A stretch of DNA of 63,999 nucleotides, filler included, from Jimgerdemannia flammicorona (Eukaryota), in NCBI GenBank assembly GCA_003990765.1. It is 3 parts of 3 records of this genome, joined end to end, with 100 filler letters (N's around TTAATTAATTAA, not from the genome) between each part and the next. Parts side by side here need not be neighbours in the genome. Positions count along the whole stretch, not along the records: positions 21,456 to 42,807 come from RBNJ01001471.1; positions 42,908 to 63,999 come from RBNJ01001536.1; 1 more part is not named here. One strand, 5' to 3'. Within the stretch, counting starts at the first letter, position 1. The number at the start of each line of letters is the position of its first letter. The position numbers were made by a program, and so were the translations under genes. This document shows positions 37,116 to 48,974 of the stretch, piece by piece. A model generated the notes under the pieces. The model did not search any database. It saw nothing but the letters and a program-made list of their open reading frames with translations, and was not told the DNA's origin.

Positions 37116-39149
37116 ATGTCAACCAGCAAGCAAGCTGACGTGTGTACTAGGTCAGGCGGACCTGGGGCCTTCAACTGGCAGTATGTCGGGAGAGGGTATG
37201 GACTGGAGATGGGGTCTTTCGGTGGCTCAGGTGGGCAGGACAGCTTGGGGAGTGGAAGTGGCACTGGTGGGAGGGCTGGAGGGCAGCAGAGAAGGAGCTT
37301 TGCGGATACGCTGAGGTCTGGGGGTTGGCCAACAGGATCCCGCAGTGGTCAGGCAGGAGGGAAGAGGAAGCAGAAGGACAGGGCTGCTATGGAAGCTGGG
37401 CCTTCACCAGGGGGAGGTGGTGGAAGTGGAGCAGCTGCTGGGGGTAGTGGCGGGACTGCTGATGGTGGCATGACGGTGAATCAGGAAAAAAAAAGAGATG
37501 TGATGGCTGATGGCCAGGGGGGGCAGGGGTTCCCGATGTGGAAGGGGGACCTGGCGGATGGTGTAACAGAGCTGGCAGTGGCCCTGTTACTCAAGAAGTT
37601 GATTTCAGAGTTCGTGGTCACCTTGTGCTTCCAGGGCTTGGCAGTGACAGCGAGGATGGTTCTGGGGCTAATTTCGAAGCAGGTGGCAGGGGCAGCCTCG
37701 GTGAAGTTCTTGAAGGGCTTGGAGGAGGTTGAGGTGGGTTTTGAGGAAGCGGGCCCACTGGATGAGGCCCTGAAGACTGGAGTCATGGTTGGAGAGGTGG
37801 TGGTACCCATGGTGCGGTGCTTGAGGTGGGACCCCAGGGTGGTGCAGCTTTTGGTAAGAGGGGTGCCCATGGTGACTAAGGAGGAGACTAGGAAGAGGGT
37901 GGAGGAGGTGATGGTAGAGTACGGTGATGTAGTGGACATAGGCTTTCAGGTGTGGGAGGGGACCACAATCAGGACAGGTGATGTCGATGTCAGGATTCGG
38001 CTGGCAGGCAAGGAGGCCACAGGGAAAATGAGTGACTGGCCTTCGGTGCTGATGTGGGGGGTGGTCATCTGCAAGGTGTCAAGGGTGAAAGAGAGTGAAG
38101 AGGAGGAGGAGGACTTGTTGGAGGCACTGGAGGAGTTAGGTGGTGCTGTGGAGAGGAGGGTGAAGGCCTGGAAACTATATGAGGAGTCGACACATCTGGA
38201 GGTTGTGGGCAGTAAGCATATCCGTATGGACAAGAAGCAGTGGGAGCGGGCCCAGGGACACATGAGGCAGAGGGAGCTGTTGGCCAGTATGACAGGAGGG
38301 GTAGAGAAGAAATCAGTTGGAACTGAGGAGTCTGGAGGCATTAAGGCCAGTGTCTGGGCTGGTAAAGGAGGAGAGGAGGTGGAGGCGAAGGAGGCAGAGG
38401 TGGGGAGGATACTGGACAAGGACCCATTTGCAGATGGTACCTTCGAAGTGTGGGAGCTGGAGTTAGATGCCACCCCCCCCCCACTTATCAGGAGGGGCCC
38501 AGTTGGGAAGAGAGGGATGATGGAGGATACAAGGATGCAGGGGGCCCAGCAGGTGCGCTTTGGGGTCCCTGATGTGGTGCAAGGGGGTCAGGTGGTGGCA
38601 GTTGGCGAGGAGGAGCTGGTGGATGTCCCTGAGGAGGAGTGGGATGAGGCTGCCAGTGTAGGAGCCGATACCACGATGTTGGATGCAGGGCGGCTGGGGA
38701 CTCCAGGAGGGAAGGAGGTGGGGAACTTGTTGTGGATGCGCAAGGTGATGGATAATCTTGCAGCAGAGGCATTGGGGGAAGTGGACCTGTGGGCGATGCC
38801 TGAGGAGCATTGGGCACGGATTCTGTGCAGTGATGGAATGGTGGAGGCGCTGAAGGTGGAGATTCTGACTATTTTCCTGGAGGAGGAGGGATATGAGGTT
38901 GACGAGGTGAGGAAGGCAGAGTTGGGGGTGGTCGCTGGTGAGCGGGCAACATACTGTTGGGCAGAGCATAATGGTCTAAGGCTCTGGCAGGAGGCCTGTC
39001 TGGAGTATCAGGAGGACTTTGAGGAGCATGAAGATGGGGCGATGGTAGAACTTCTAGGGGTATTGGCAGCGCGGGAAGCTGGGGAGAGGGAACTAGCTGC
39101 TGAACGTGACTTGGACTTGGTGCAGGAGGAGCCGAATGCGGACTTGTAG
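37116..39149 (+). CDS. LINE ORF1 protein (677 aa; Gly-rich N-terminus, RRM-like core, acidic C-terminus)
   Basis: Uninterrupted frame from ATG 37116 (MSTSKQ) within ORF 36789-39149; homologous to ORF1 fragments of the other two LINEs. Confidence 0.8.
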   Translation: MSTSKQADVCTRSGGPGAFNWQYVGRGYGLEMGSFGGSGGQDSLGSGSGTGGRAGGQQRRSFADTLRSGGWPTGSRSGQAGGKRKQKDRAAMEAGPSPGGGGGSGAAAGGSGGTADGGMTVNQEKKRDVMADGQGGQGFPMWKGDLADGVTELAVALLLKKLISEFVVTLCFQGLAVTARMVLGLISKQVAGAASVKFLKGLEEVEVGFEEAGPLDEALKTGVMVGEVVVPMVRCLRWDPRVVQLLVRGVPMVTKEETRKRVEEVMVEYGDVVDIGFQVWEGTTIRTGDVDVRIRLAGKEATGKMSDWPSVLMWGVVICKVSRVKESEEEEEDLLEALEELGGAVERRVKAWKLYEESTHLEVVGSKHIRMDKKQWERAQGHMRQRELLASMTGGVEKKSVGTEESGGIKASVWAGKGGEEVEAKEAEVGRILDKDPFADGTFEVWELELDATPPPLIRRGPVGKRGMMEDTRMQGAQQVRFGVPDVVQGGQVVAVGEEELVDVPEEEWDEAASVGADTTMLDAGRLGTPGGKEVGNLLWMRKVMDNLAAEALGEVDLWAMPEEHWARILCSDGMVEALKVEILTIFLEEEGYEVDEVRKAELGVVAGERATYCWAEHNGLRLWQEACLEYQEDFEEHEDGAMVELLGVLAAREAGERELAAERDLDLVQEEPNADL

Positions 39150-39180
39150 AGGATGGGACCATAATATATCAGTATTCTTT

Positions 39181-42100
39181 ATGAACAGTATAACCAACAT
39201 TTTCTCCTTGAATGTGAATGGGTTAAGGGGCTCTGGGCGGCGTAAGAACATTTTTACTTGGCTCAAGGGATTGGAGGCTGATCTCTTTTTACTACAGGAT
39301 GTTCGGTGTGAGGATGAGGACGATCGAGTAGAGTGGACTAGGGAATGGGGTGGGGCTACTACTTGGTTTGGAAAGGTGGCGATTCTGGTGAGGAGGGACA
39401 GAGGAGACTTGGGGGGTATCAGGAGCTGGGGCGATCGCTTGGTCTGGGGAGATTGGCATTGACCAGGGTGGGAATCAGTGAAGGTGGGCTCTTGCTACTG
39501 CCCTGCTGTTAGGGGTGAGAGGACTGCGTGGATTAGGGGGCTGCTGGAGGAGGGTATTCTCTTGGAGGAAGGGGTTGATGTTCTTGGTGGGGACTTCAAC
39601 ATGGTTTGGGATCAGTGTCTGGACAGAACTGATGGAGGGAGGAGTGCCGGGGGTAGAAGTGGAGGTCTGGATGCATGGGAGGAGGTGGAGACGTTGAGCT
39701 CCTTGGGGGATATGGGCAGAATGAGGTGGGGTGATGCCAGGGTCTACACACATTGGATGAATGGCTTGGGCACCAGGATTGACTGGATTCTGACGGCGGA
39801 GTGCTGGGGTTCAGATGTTTGGAAGGCATTGGAAGTGGAGTGGTGCCCATGGTCTGATCACTGGGGACTGTTGGGGCAGGGGCAGTTTGGGGGGAGTGGA
39901 GATGGACCCGGACATTGGTGTCTTAACTCCTCCCTGCTGGCTGAGAAGGGGTTGTGGGAATTGTGGGTGGAGGACATTCAGGTGAAAGTTTTGAGCTGGA
40001 GGTGTGAGGGTCTGCCTGTGGCTGTCCGCTGGGTGAGATTGAAAGAGGCTGTGAGGGTTTATTGGAGAGGGGCTGGTAGAGAGGCCAGGAGGCAGAGGAG
40101 GAGGCACACGAGGTATGCTTCCAGCAGGCTGAGGAGACTACTAATGGAGTGGGCAGATTTGCTCACTATTGTTGGGGTGGAGGATTGGAGAATAGAGAGG
40201 GCGAAATTGGAGATAGTGGAACTACAACAGGTGTTGAGGGAAGAGGAGGAGACACATATGCAGGGTATGGCTGCCAGGCTATGGTGGCAGGGACTTGAGG
40301 AGGGAGAGTGGCCTACTAGGTACCTATCAAGACTTCTCAAGGCTAGGAGGGTGCGACATCGGTGGGATGGGGTCCTTGATGATGATGGGGACATGGTACA
40401 TGGCACACAACAAATATTAGGGGTTCTGAAGGAGAGATGGCAGGGCTTGTGGAGTGAGGGAGAAGGGGGTGCTGATGAGGCAGAGATTGTGGATACACTG
40501 GAAGAGTGGGAGCCACCGCAAGTAGCTGGTCTGGGAGACTTGATCTTACCGGTGCGGGGTGAGGAGATCCAGAGTATTCTGGCAGCAACTAAACTTGGGA
40601 CAGCACCAGGGGAGGATGGATTGCTGTGGGACTTCTGGAAGAAGATGGTAAATGTCCTTGGAGTTTTGGATGAGATGGCTGCTCTCTGTGACCATGTCCT
40701 TCAGAGCGGTGAGTGGGTTGGAGTGCAGGATCTTGGGTTGGTGGACCTTTTGTACAAAGATAAGGGGAGGAGGGAAGACTGGAAGAACTGGAGGCTGATC
40801 ATGCTTCTGGATATGGACAGGAAGATGGTGACAAAGGTGATTGTCACAAGGCTGCAGAAAGTTGCCCAACAGGTGCTGGGAGAGGAGCAATGGGGCTTTG
40901 TTGGGGGCAGACTTATTAGAGATGGGACTGCATGGGTTCATGGTGTCATTGAAAGGGCCCAGGCCTGTGGACTGGATGGAAGATTAGTCTTTTTGGACCA
41001 GGAGAAGGCCTATGACCATGTATGGCGGGTGTGGCTGGGTAGGGTATTGGACCGAATTGGTGTGCCCACAAGATTTAGGACCTCTATGTTGAGTCTGCTG
41101 GAAAGCAGTCGGGCAGCTCTGATGTGTAATGATCACTGTGGGAGGGCATTTGCCTTGGGAAGAGGAGTTCCTCAGGGGGACCCTCTGTCCCCTATTCTCT
41201 ATGCCCTCTTGCTGGAGCCTTTGATGGATAGGATTCGCCGGAAGGTGGCAGGGCTCTCTATATATGGTATAGTGTGGAAGGTGGGGGCCTTTGCTGATGA
41301 TATGGTGGTTGGACTTGGGTCTGTGGCAGATGTAGAGACACTTCAGGAGACTGTGGAATAGTATGAGGCTCACTCAGGGGCGAAGCTCAACTGGCATAAG
41401 TGTGAGACAATGGTGCTAGGGAATGGGCTAGTGGGTGGGGATGTCATTGGAATAATTGTCCCTACTGGTGAGGTGGTGTGGTATCTGGGCATCTTCCTAT
41501 CTGTATATGGTTCTGTCCTGCCACGAGGGTGGTGGGAGAGCAGGGTGATTATTTGGGGGGAGGCCCTTAGAGGTTGGGGAGGCCACCATATCTCTCTAGC
41601 AGGGCGGGTGTTGATCCTGAATGTATATTGGTTCCCCAAGCTGTGGTATGTGGCATATCACCTCGACTTCCCTGTATGGGTAGTGAAGAAGCTGACGAAG
41701 GTGGCTAGGGATTAGATTTGGGTGGGGAGGAGGTCCCAGGTTAGTTGGGATACTCTTGCGAGACCAGTAGTCAGGAGAGGTCTTGGTCTGGTGGACTTCC
41801 CTAAGAGGCTGCACTGCTTGCGAGCTTGGTGGTTGAAGAGAGCAGTAGAACTACAGGGAGGAGGTTGGGTGCCTCTGCTACAGAAGGTATGGGAGATGCG
41901 AACATCCCCTCGAGGGTCCTCCAGAGATCTGCTCTCTTTGGTGAGATTGAATGGAATTCAGAGGCTGTGGTTCAAGGGCTTTTGGTGGGGAGTGGCTGAT
42001 GGAGTGCACCGAATTGGCCTGCACTGGCAAGGCAATGAGGGGGAGGTGGTGTGGGGGTCTAATATGTGGCATTGGGATAGACTGCTCCTGGGGGGTGCTC

Positions 42101-42807
42101 TACTGGCTATGTTTGATATTGGGGAGGGAGTGGAGTGTCAGCAGGGGCTTGGCCAGGATCTTTGGCTGAGTGGCTGGCAGGCAGCAGGAATCAGCAAGGA
42201 GTGGGATTGGGCAGGTATCTGGTCTTGGAGTGCTGAGGTGCGGAGGTGGCTTCCTCCCAAGTTCTGGGTGGTATGGTGGAGACTGTTGTGGAGGAATGTC
42301 ATGCTGAATTTTCACACGGGGCATTTGGTAGAGGGTGGACAATTCGACTGTAAGGAGTGTTATGATGTTGGGTGAGCTGAGGGTCATGTACAGACGCCAG
42401 AACATTGACTGAGAGAGTGTGAGGTTTTGGGGGAATTTTGGGCTGAAATAGGAGATAGACTGGGTGTAGGGAGGAGGCTGGGGGGGGAGGGGGGTCGCTG
42501 GGGGGACTTGAGATCTTGGCTTGTGGGTGGGGTGGGTGATAGTTGGCTTACTGTAAGATGGGTATTAGCAGTATGGGTGGGACTGGTGGGACATTGGCTT
42601 TTTGTGTTTGAGGAGGGGCAGCAGTTGAGGCTGTGAGAGAAGGTATTAAGATGGGAGAGGCTGTTGGGGGATCTGCTGACTGGATGGTGGGTGGGTTGGG
42701 GCCCTCAAGGGGGTCGACGTCGCAGTTTGGTGGTTAGGATCTGTGAGCAGAGTGGTGGGAGGGTGGCGATGGTGTTAGACAAAGTGGTCTTTCATCGGGA
42801 AGGGGTA
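39181..42807 (+). pseudogene. LINE ORF2 (APE-RT-zinc motif) with a few nonsense mutations and no frameshifts
   Basis: SLNVNGLR, GGDFN, RIDW, SDH, APGEDGL, LDQEKAYD, QGDPLSP, FADD, CKEC..EH..EC. ORFs 39106, 39478, 41410, 41722, 42427 and 42664 share a frame. Confidence 0.92.
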
Positions 42808-42907
42808 NNNNNNNNNNNNNNNNNNNNNNNNNNNNNNNNNNNNNNNNNNNNTTAATTAATTAANNNNNNNNNNNNNNNNNNNNNNNNNNNNNNNNNNNNN
42901 NNNNNNN
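42808..42907. other. Artificial contig-joining linker
   Basis: N44-TTAATTAATTAA-N44. Confidence 0.97.
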
Positions 42908-43246
42908 GGCTAAGGCTGACTCGTCATCTTTGAATAACTTGTACACTCTTTTTGCAATTGTGATCTGAGTGTAGGAGAGCTGACATTCTCTAATCCAGTC
43001 TTCTTTTCCCATCTTCAGTCTTGAATTCAGTAGCTGTCCCAACTTGAAGTATTCCTGGAACTCAGTTCGGTTCTAGTAGGCCTTGAAATGTGAGATTCGT
43101 AACAAGTGTGTTTGTACTATACTCTGGATGCTGTCAAAGGATTCTTCCATTATTGGTGGCTCGGTGGAACACCACTGTCTTTCAATGGCTTGCTGGGCCA
43201 TGCTAGTAATTCTGAGGGCAGCAGTATTACTTCATTGACTAGTCAT
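42908..43246 (-). pseudogene. Extra post-integrase ORF of Gypsy 3 (complete counterpart at 49627-~49140 in Gypsy 4)
   Basis: ATG at 43246: MTSQ*SNTAAL...QEYFKLGQLLNSRLKMGKEDWIRECQLSYTQITIAKRVYKLFKDDESALA. Confidence 0.6.
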
Positions 43247-45942
43247 GATACTTCTTGAGTCAGTTTCAGTGGATAGTAGTGGGGATGATTGTGCCTGAGA
43301 GTTTTCATAGCCAAAAGGTGGTTCCATTTATATCTTGCACAAGGTAAGGTTCTTCCCACTTGGGCTCCAGTTTTCATGACCATGAGACTTCTACCATGTT
43401 CTGATATACCAGGACTTTGTCTCCTATCTTGATAATCTCCAGGGGTTTGTGGGTTTTTTCTGCATTCTTCCATTGTAGTGCCTGTGCCTTCATTATGTAA
43501 TCCTCAGCCTTCTTCCTGATTTGGTGTAGTCTCCATATTTCTCCATCCACATGTTTCCATACAGTATCCCCATTGGACAATAGGGTTTCTTGAGAACTTT
43601 CTTCTCCAAACAGCATTTCTTGAGAGATAAAGTGGGTACTTTGTAATCTGATATCTTGGAGAGCAGATAATGTTATTGGCAGATAGTGATCTCAGTTTTC
43701 ATAGTTATCATAGATCTTGGCAATAACATTCTTGAGGGTCTTGTTGGTCCTTTCTGCTTATCCATTTCCTTATGGATAATAGGCTGTAGTCTGAATTTGC
43801 TGGATCTTGTACTTCTTATAGAGAACCTTGAAGAACTGGTTCACAAATTCTGTTCCTCTATCTGTAGTTACTTGCATTGGGGTCTTGAACCAGCAGATGA
43901 TTTCTTTGTTGAAGAAATTGGTGATTGACTGTGCATTGGCTTCCTTGAGGGGTCCTGCTTCTATCCACTTTGTAAAAAGGTCTATGATGACAATAATATA
44001 TCAGTTACCAGTTAGGGTCAAGGGTAGAGGGCCAATTACATCCATTGCTATATGGGCAAATGGTACTGGTTCTATATGTGCTGATTCTGGGGCTTGGTTT
44101 TGTTGGTCTTGTTTCTGTTTCTGGTATTTGTCACAGATTTTGACAAATTGTCTGATATCTTTTTTCATTCCTGGCCACCATATCGTTCTTCTTGCCTTGT
44201 CATATATATTCATTCCTCCTAGATGGCCAAGTTCATGTACTGATTTCATTGCTTGCTCCTTCTTGTATTCTGGTATGAATAGTAGTTTTCCTTTCTTCAG
44301 TGTTTGTCCATTAGTTTCGAATTGTTTCCATGTTCTGTTGATAATTGTTTGCATCCATTCTTCCAGATGTTGGGGTATCTTTCGCTATCCCAGGTATGTG
44401 ATGATTCTGTAGTAGAGCTTCTTATTCATAATTGATTTATTGGTTGGAGGTGTTTCAAGATGTCCATGAGAGAGCATCTGCATTGGAATATGTTCTTCCA
44501 GGGCAGTATACAATGGTTACATCATAGGCTTATAACTTCATTATCCATCTGATGTAGATTCCTTTGGGTTGTCCAGTTGTCAGTAGCCAGATGAGAGCTG
44601 AGTAGTCCATCTGAATAGTGAAGTGTCTTCCAGCCAGATAGTAGTAGAACTTTTCCACAGCCCAGATGACTGCAAGGCATTCCAACTTATAGGATTCATA
44701 TTCTTTTTCAGCTCCTTGGGTTCCTCTACTTAGGTATGCAATGACATACTCTTTTTTGTCTTCCTTTTGAGCTAGAACTGCTCTTAGTCCTTGTGCACTT
44801 GCATCTGTCTGAAGGATAAACTCTTGGGTCCAATTGGGTCATCTGAGGATGGGTGCCTGGGTCAGTCTGACCTTGAGTTCATCAAATACTTTTTGTTGTC
44901 TGCCAGTCCAGTTGAATTTAGTATCCTTCTTATTGAGTTCATAGATTGGACCCACAATATTAGAGAATCCTCTGATAAATCTGCAATAGTAGGAGGTAAG
45001 TCCCATGAAGACTTGGGCTTCTGTAACAGTGGTGGGCCTTGGGTATGCTGCTACTGCTTGTATCTTGAGGTGGTCCATGTGAATTCCATCTTAATTGATA
45101 ATATGGCCAAGGTAGGAGATCTCGATTTCTGCAAATTTGCATTTCTTGGGCTTGATATACAGGCCATGCTTTCTCAGTATTTCCATTATCTGCCATATGT
45201 GCTACAGGTGTTCCTCAGGTGTCTTGCTGTAGATGATTATGTTATCGACATAGACCATCATCCATCTTTCCATATCATAGTGGAAGATTTTGTTCATCAT
45301 TCACTGAAAGCTTGCTGGTGCATTACACATCTCGAACAGCATTCATAGGTAGATGTAGGTTCTATCTGGGGTGATGAAGGCTGACTTTTCACTTGCCATT
45401 TCTGTGAGTCTGATTTGATGGAATCCTGAGTATAAGTCCAAGGTGCTGTAGTACTGTACTTCGTCTCCCAGTGTTATAAGGATGTCACTGATGAGGGGCA
45501 GTGGTTGGCGATCCTTCTTGGTAACTGCATTGAGCTTTCTGTAGTCGATACAGAGTCTTGGGGCAAATTCTCCAGGTTTGCTTCCTTTTTTCAAGGCTAG
45601 TACAACTGGTGAAGACCAGGGGCTGCTGGCTTCTTTGATAATACCAGCTTCTTCCATCTGCTTGATTTCTTCTCTGAGCCATTCTCGGTAGGCTGGTGGG
45701 ATAGGTCTTGCCTTCTGGTAAATTGGTTTGGTGTCTCTGGTATCTACCTTATGATAGTAGTGTGGGGTCTTTCCCTTGATATTCTTGAAATCCATGGTGA
45801 GGACATCCTTGAATTCATGGAGTATTTTCTTGAGTTCCTCCTTGAGTGGAAATTCATTTCCAATGGTGTAACTGTGTTTATTTGTGATTTCCTCCTTCTT
45901 ATGCTCCAGTTCAGTGATCTTAGTACTAGTGAATACTCCTCT

Positions 45943-46353
45943 TCCTATGGATCTGAATCCTTTCTTTCCTCTTTTTGTTTTCTCCAAATTCTTGACTTCT
46001 TTGATTCTTGGTTGTAGGATTGGAAAGATCAATATCTGTGCCAATTGGTCCTTCTTCTTGACCAGGAATGGGATTGTAGGATTGTGATTCCTAGCAATGA
46101 GCAGAATTTCTCCAGTATAGTCAGAATCAATAACTCCTCCTTCAATTGTAATTTTGCTTCTGGCCAGGCTGCTTCTTGTCTTGAGGATCCCGACATGATC
46201 CTTTGGGATAGTCATCTCCAGTCCAGTTGCGAGTAGGGTGGTTGTTTGGGGTTCTAGTACAGCTTCTTCTACTGTGGTGATGTCCATTCCAGCTGCATTT
46301 TCTGACTTGTATTCTGGCAAGACTGCATCAGGGTGGGTCCTTCGGATCTTGAC
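45943..46353 (-). pseudogene. dUTPase domain in Gypsy 3 pol, in frame with RT
   Basis: AAGMDI, RSSLA, GGVIDSDYTG, QLAQ and RGKKGFRSIG motifs. Confidence 0.92.
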
Positions 46354-48974
46354 CTTAATTTCTTCTTTATCATCACTATCCTCCAGGAGGGCTGGTGGTT
46401 CATCATCTTTCTCCTCCTTCTCTTCTCTGACCTGTTTTTCGAGAGCTTTCTGTCTTCTTTCCTGGTGGATTTTTTTGATTCTGATGGTACACTGGTAGCA
46501 ATCATTAACATACTCCATACAGTACATCTTGATCCCATGAGAACAGACTCCTTATAGTATATAGCCTTCTGTGATCTTCTTACATAATTCTTCTTTATTC
46601 ATCTGTCCAACTTTCTTTTTCAAAGTAGTCACCATATAAGCTTCCTCTTGCTTGCTCTCTTCTTCCTCCATGTCAGGCAAGACTCCTTTGTTGATATTGA
46701 TGGGAATTTATATCATCTGTCCCTGGTAGGTGATTTGCATCTTCTGGGTATTGAGATTGATTACTGCCCTGGCTTTGTGAAGCCATTGATTGCCAATGAG
46801 GATGTCATAGTTGGTGGTATTAGTTACGATTACATCTACTGAGATGGTTGCTCCTCTAATCTTGATGGGGACTTCTCAGATTTTTCCCAGAGGGGTGGCT
46901 CTTGTGCCATCTGCTGTAACAAAAACCAACTTGGTTGCTTCTTCAACTTTCCAGCCTAGGCGGTCTGCTGCTTTCTTGCTGAGAAGACATCCTCCTGCTC
47001 CTGTATCGATGATGGCTTCAAAGACAGTATCTTCGATTTGGCATGTTGCATCGGCAGAGGTTTTGCGATTGTCTTCACTTTCTTCTCCTGAGTCCTCTTG
47101 AATGTTATTGGCCTCGGCTATCTTTCATCCTTGCTTCTTGGTTGTTTCAGCAAGTCCGAACCTCATTTGTTGTCTAAATGTTGAGATTTCTGCAAGCTGA
47201 CCAAAGGTTGTATTGACCTTTTGTTGGCTAAGGTCCTTGAAGATATCATATTTGAAAGTCTTGGTCTTGCAAAGTTTCTTTTCTTTTTCTCCTTTGCTGG
47301 CTGGGGTAGTTCCTTGGATAATATCTTGAACTGCTTGCTCCAGCTCCATATCTTAGTCTATCTCTTCGGCTTGGCTTTCGGTGACCGTTTCCATCTGCTT
47401 TTCTACTGGATTCTTCTTGGGTCTTCCTGGTGTTCTCTTGGAGGGTTCCTTGCGAACATCCTTCTTGGTAGTCTGAGCAGGATAGGCCTCCCATTCTTCT
47501 TCATCAGAATCTTCAATTTCCTTGAAAGTAATTGTATTGGCCTGCTCCTTGTTTCATGTAACATTGCTTGGTTGAGCCTTGTGCTTGGTTTTGCTCATAC
47601 ATTTATAAGAGTAGTGGCCTTCTTCTCTGCAGGTATAGCAGGTACCTTTCTTCTTGTCTGAGGTGGCAACAAACTTCTGAAATGGGTGGTGGTTTCTTCT
47701 TTGGATTTCTTTTACCACATCTTCCAGGTGGGTGGTCATTTCAGTAAACCTCTTGGCAAGTTCCTCCATAGGGTCACTGTTCTTTTGCTACTCTGTAGTT
47801 TTTGGCTGAGGTGTGTTTCAATTGATCATTATAGTAGGGATCACACTGGTTGTCTTGGGTATTTCGATTCTGACTCCTGTGACTCTTTCCATTATATGGT
47901 CTTGTGGGTGTCTGGCTGTGCATAGGTGACCTTCTGTGGCAGATCCAAGACTACTGGTGATGAACGGATGGCCATGGCTATCTCGGGGTGAACTCCTTTC
48001 ATAAAGGTTGCCTTGGCTACTTGATCTCGAATAGCAGTAATATAATCCATGAGAATTATCTAATATTGAATTCTGGTATAGAATGTGTTTGGATCCTCAC
48101 TCATTCCTTGGCATATTGTATTGAGCTGATCCTTCAGGGCTTGCTTGATCTTATCTGGATAATATGTATTTCGGAGCCAGGTCTTCTGTACTGTCAGTAT
48201 AGCATTGGCATCATTTCCTGCATGGGTTGTGGCTGTGAATGCTGCTCTGGGACCTTGTAGGCTGAAGAAATGAGGGCTACTTGCTGTGCTGCTATCAGGG
48301 TCCTTACGGTGGCATACTGCTTGAAATCATCAATAAAGATAATAATTGATTCATCTGAGGTATACCCATGGAATACTGGTGGTCTCATATCCATTTTGTC
48401 TGGGTATTGTGGCTCGGTTTGTGTAGTTGCTCAGATAGTGGCAGTTGTTTGTTGTTTAGCTTAAAAGTGAGGGATTCATCTTGAATCACCAGCCAATGGG
48501 CACCAAGTTGTAATATAGCAGATGCTTACTCTTGAAAGTATGTCAGATTTCTGTATCTTGAATACTTGATCTTCTCTGACTCCTCAGAGTCCTTGGGATG
48601 CAGGGGTGGATGAGTTCGAAGTGTATCTGCCCACAGGCTTACTGGTTCCTTTGCTATCTCTTTGCTTTTGAACTATTTTGATCTGAGGTTTGTTCACTCT
48701 AAGATACTGGGTTATTTATACAAGTTTTGCTAACTATAAGGTAGCTAAGTAATGGCTCGTTTCACAAGTGCTGAATCTTTTAACATCTGCTAAGATTTCA
48801 CTGATTGTGAAGATTCTAACATCTCCTAAATCTTTGCAAACATTAAAGTTTCTGCACTTTGCGAAATGTGGCTGCTATTTATGAGGCTAAGCTATATTGG
48901 GAATTGGATTCAGGTACCATAATCAAATGTCTAATTCCCCTGTTTCATATTACTAATTCAGATCAGCCATCACA

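Larger units (their letters stand above)
37036..42807 (+). mobile_element. Near full-length L1/Tx1-type LINE, subfamily A, young; 3' end cut by contig end
   Basis: Intact ORF1; ORF2 stays in one frame with only in-frame stops. Confidence 0.93.
42908..48974 (-). mobile_element. Gypsy 3 (LTR 48509-48974, gag-PR-dUTPase-RT-RH-IN plus extra ORF); 3' end cut by contig start
   Basis: PBS TGGTGCCCATTGG at ~48493-48505; knuckle CYTCREEGHYSYKC; IDTGAG ~47000; ORF 45343-46527 with dUTPase then RT ([21 protein letters not shown]); YVDN ~45245; IN zinc finger H..GHLG..C and core. Confidence 0.92.

Noticed and set aside
43243..43246. ATGA stop-start coupling between integrase and the extra ORF
   Set aside because: Sibling Gypsy 4 reads ATGG here, so the TGA is probably a G>A mutation.
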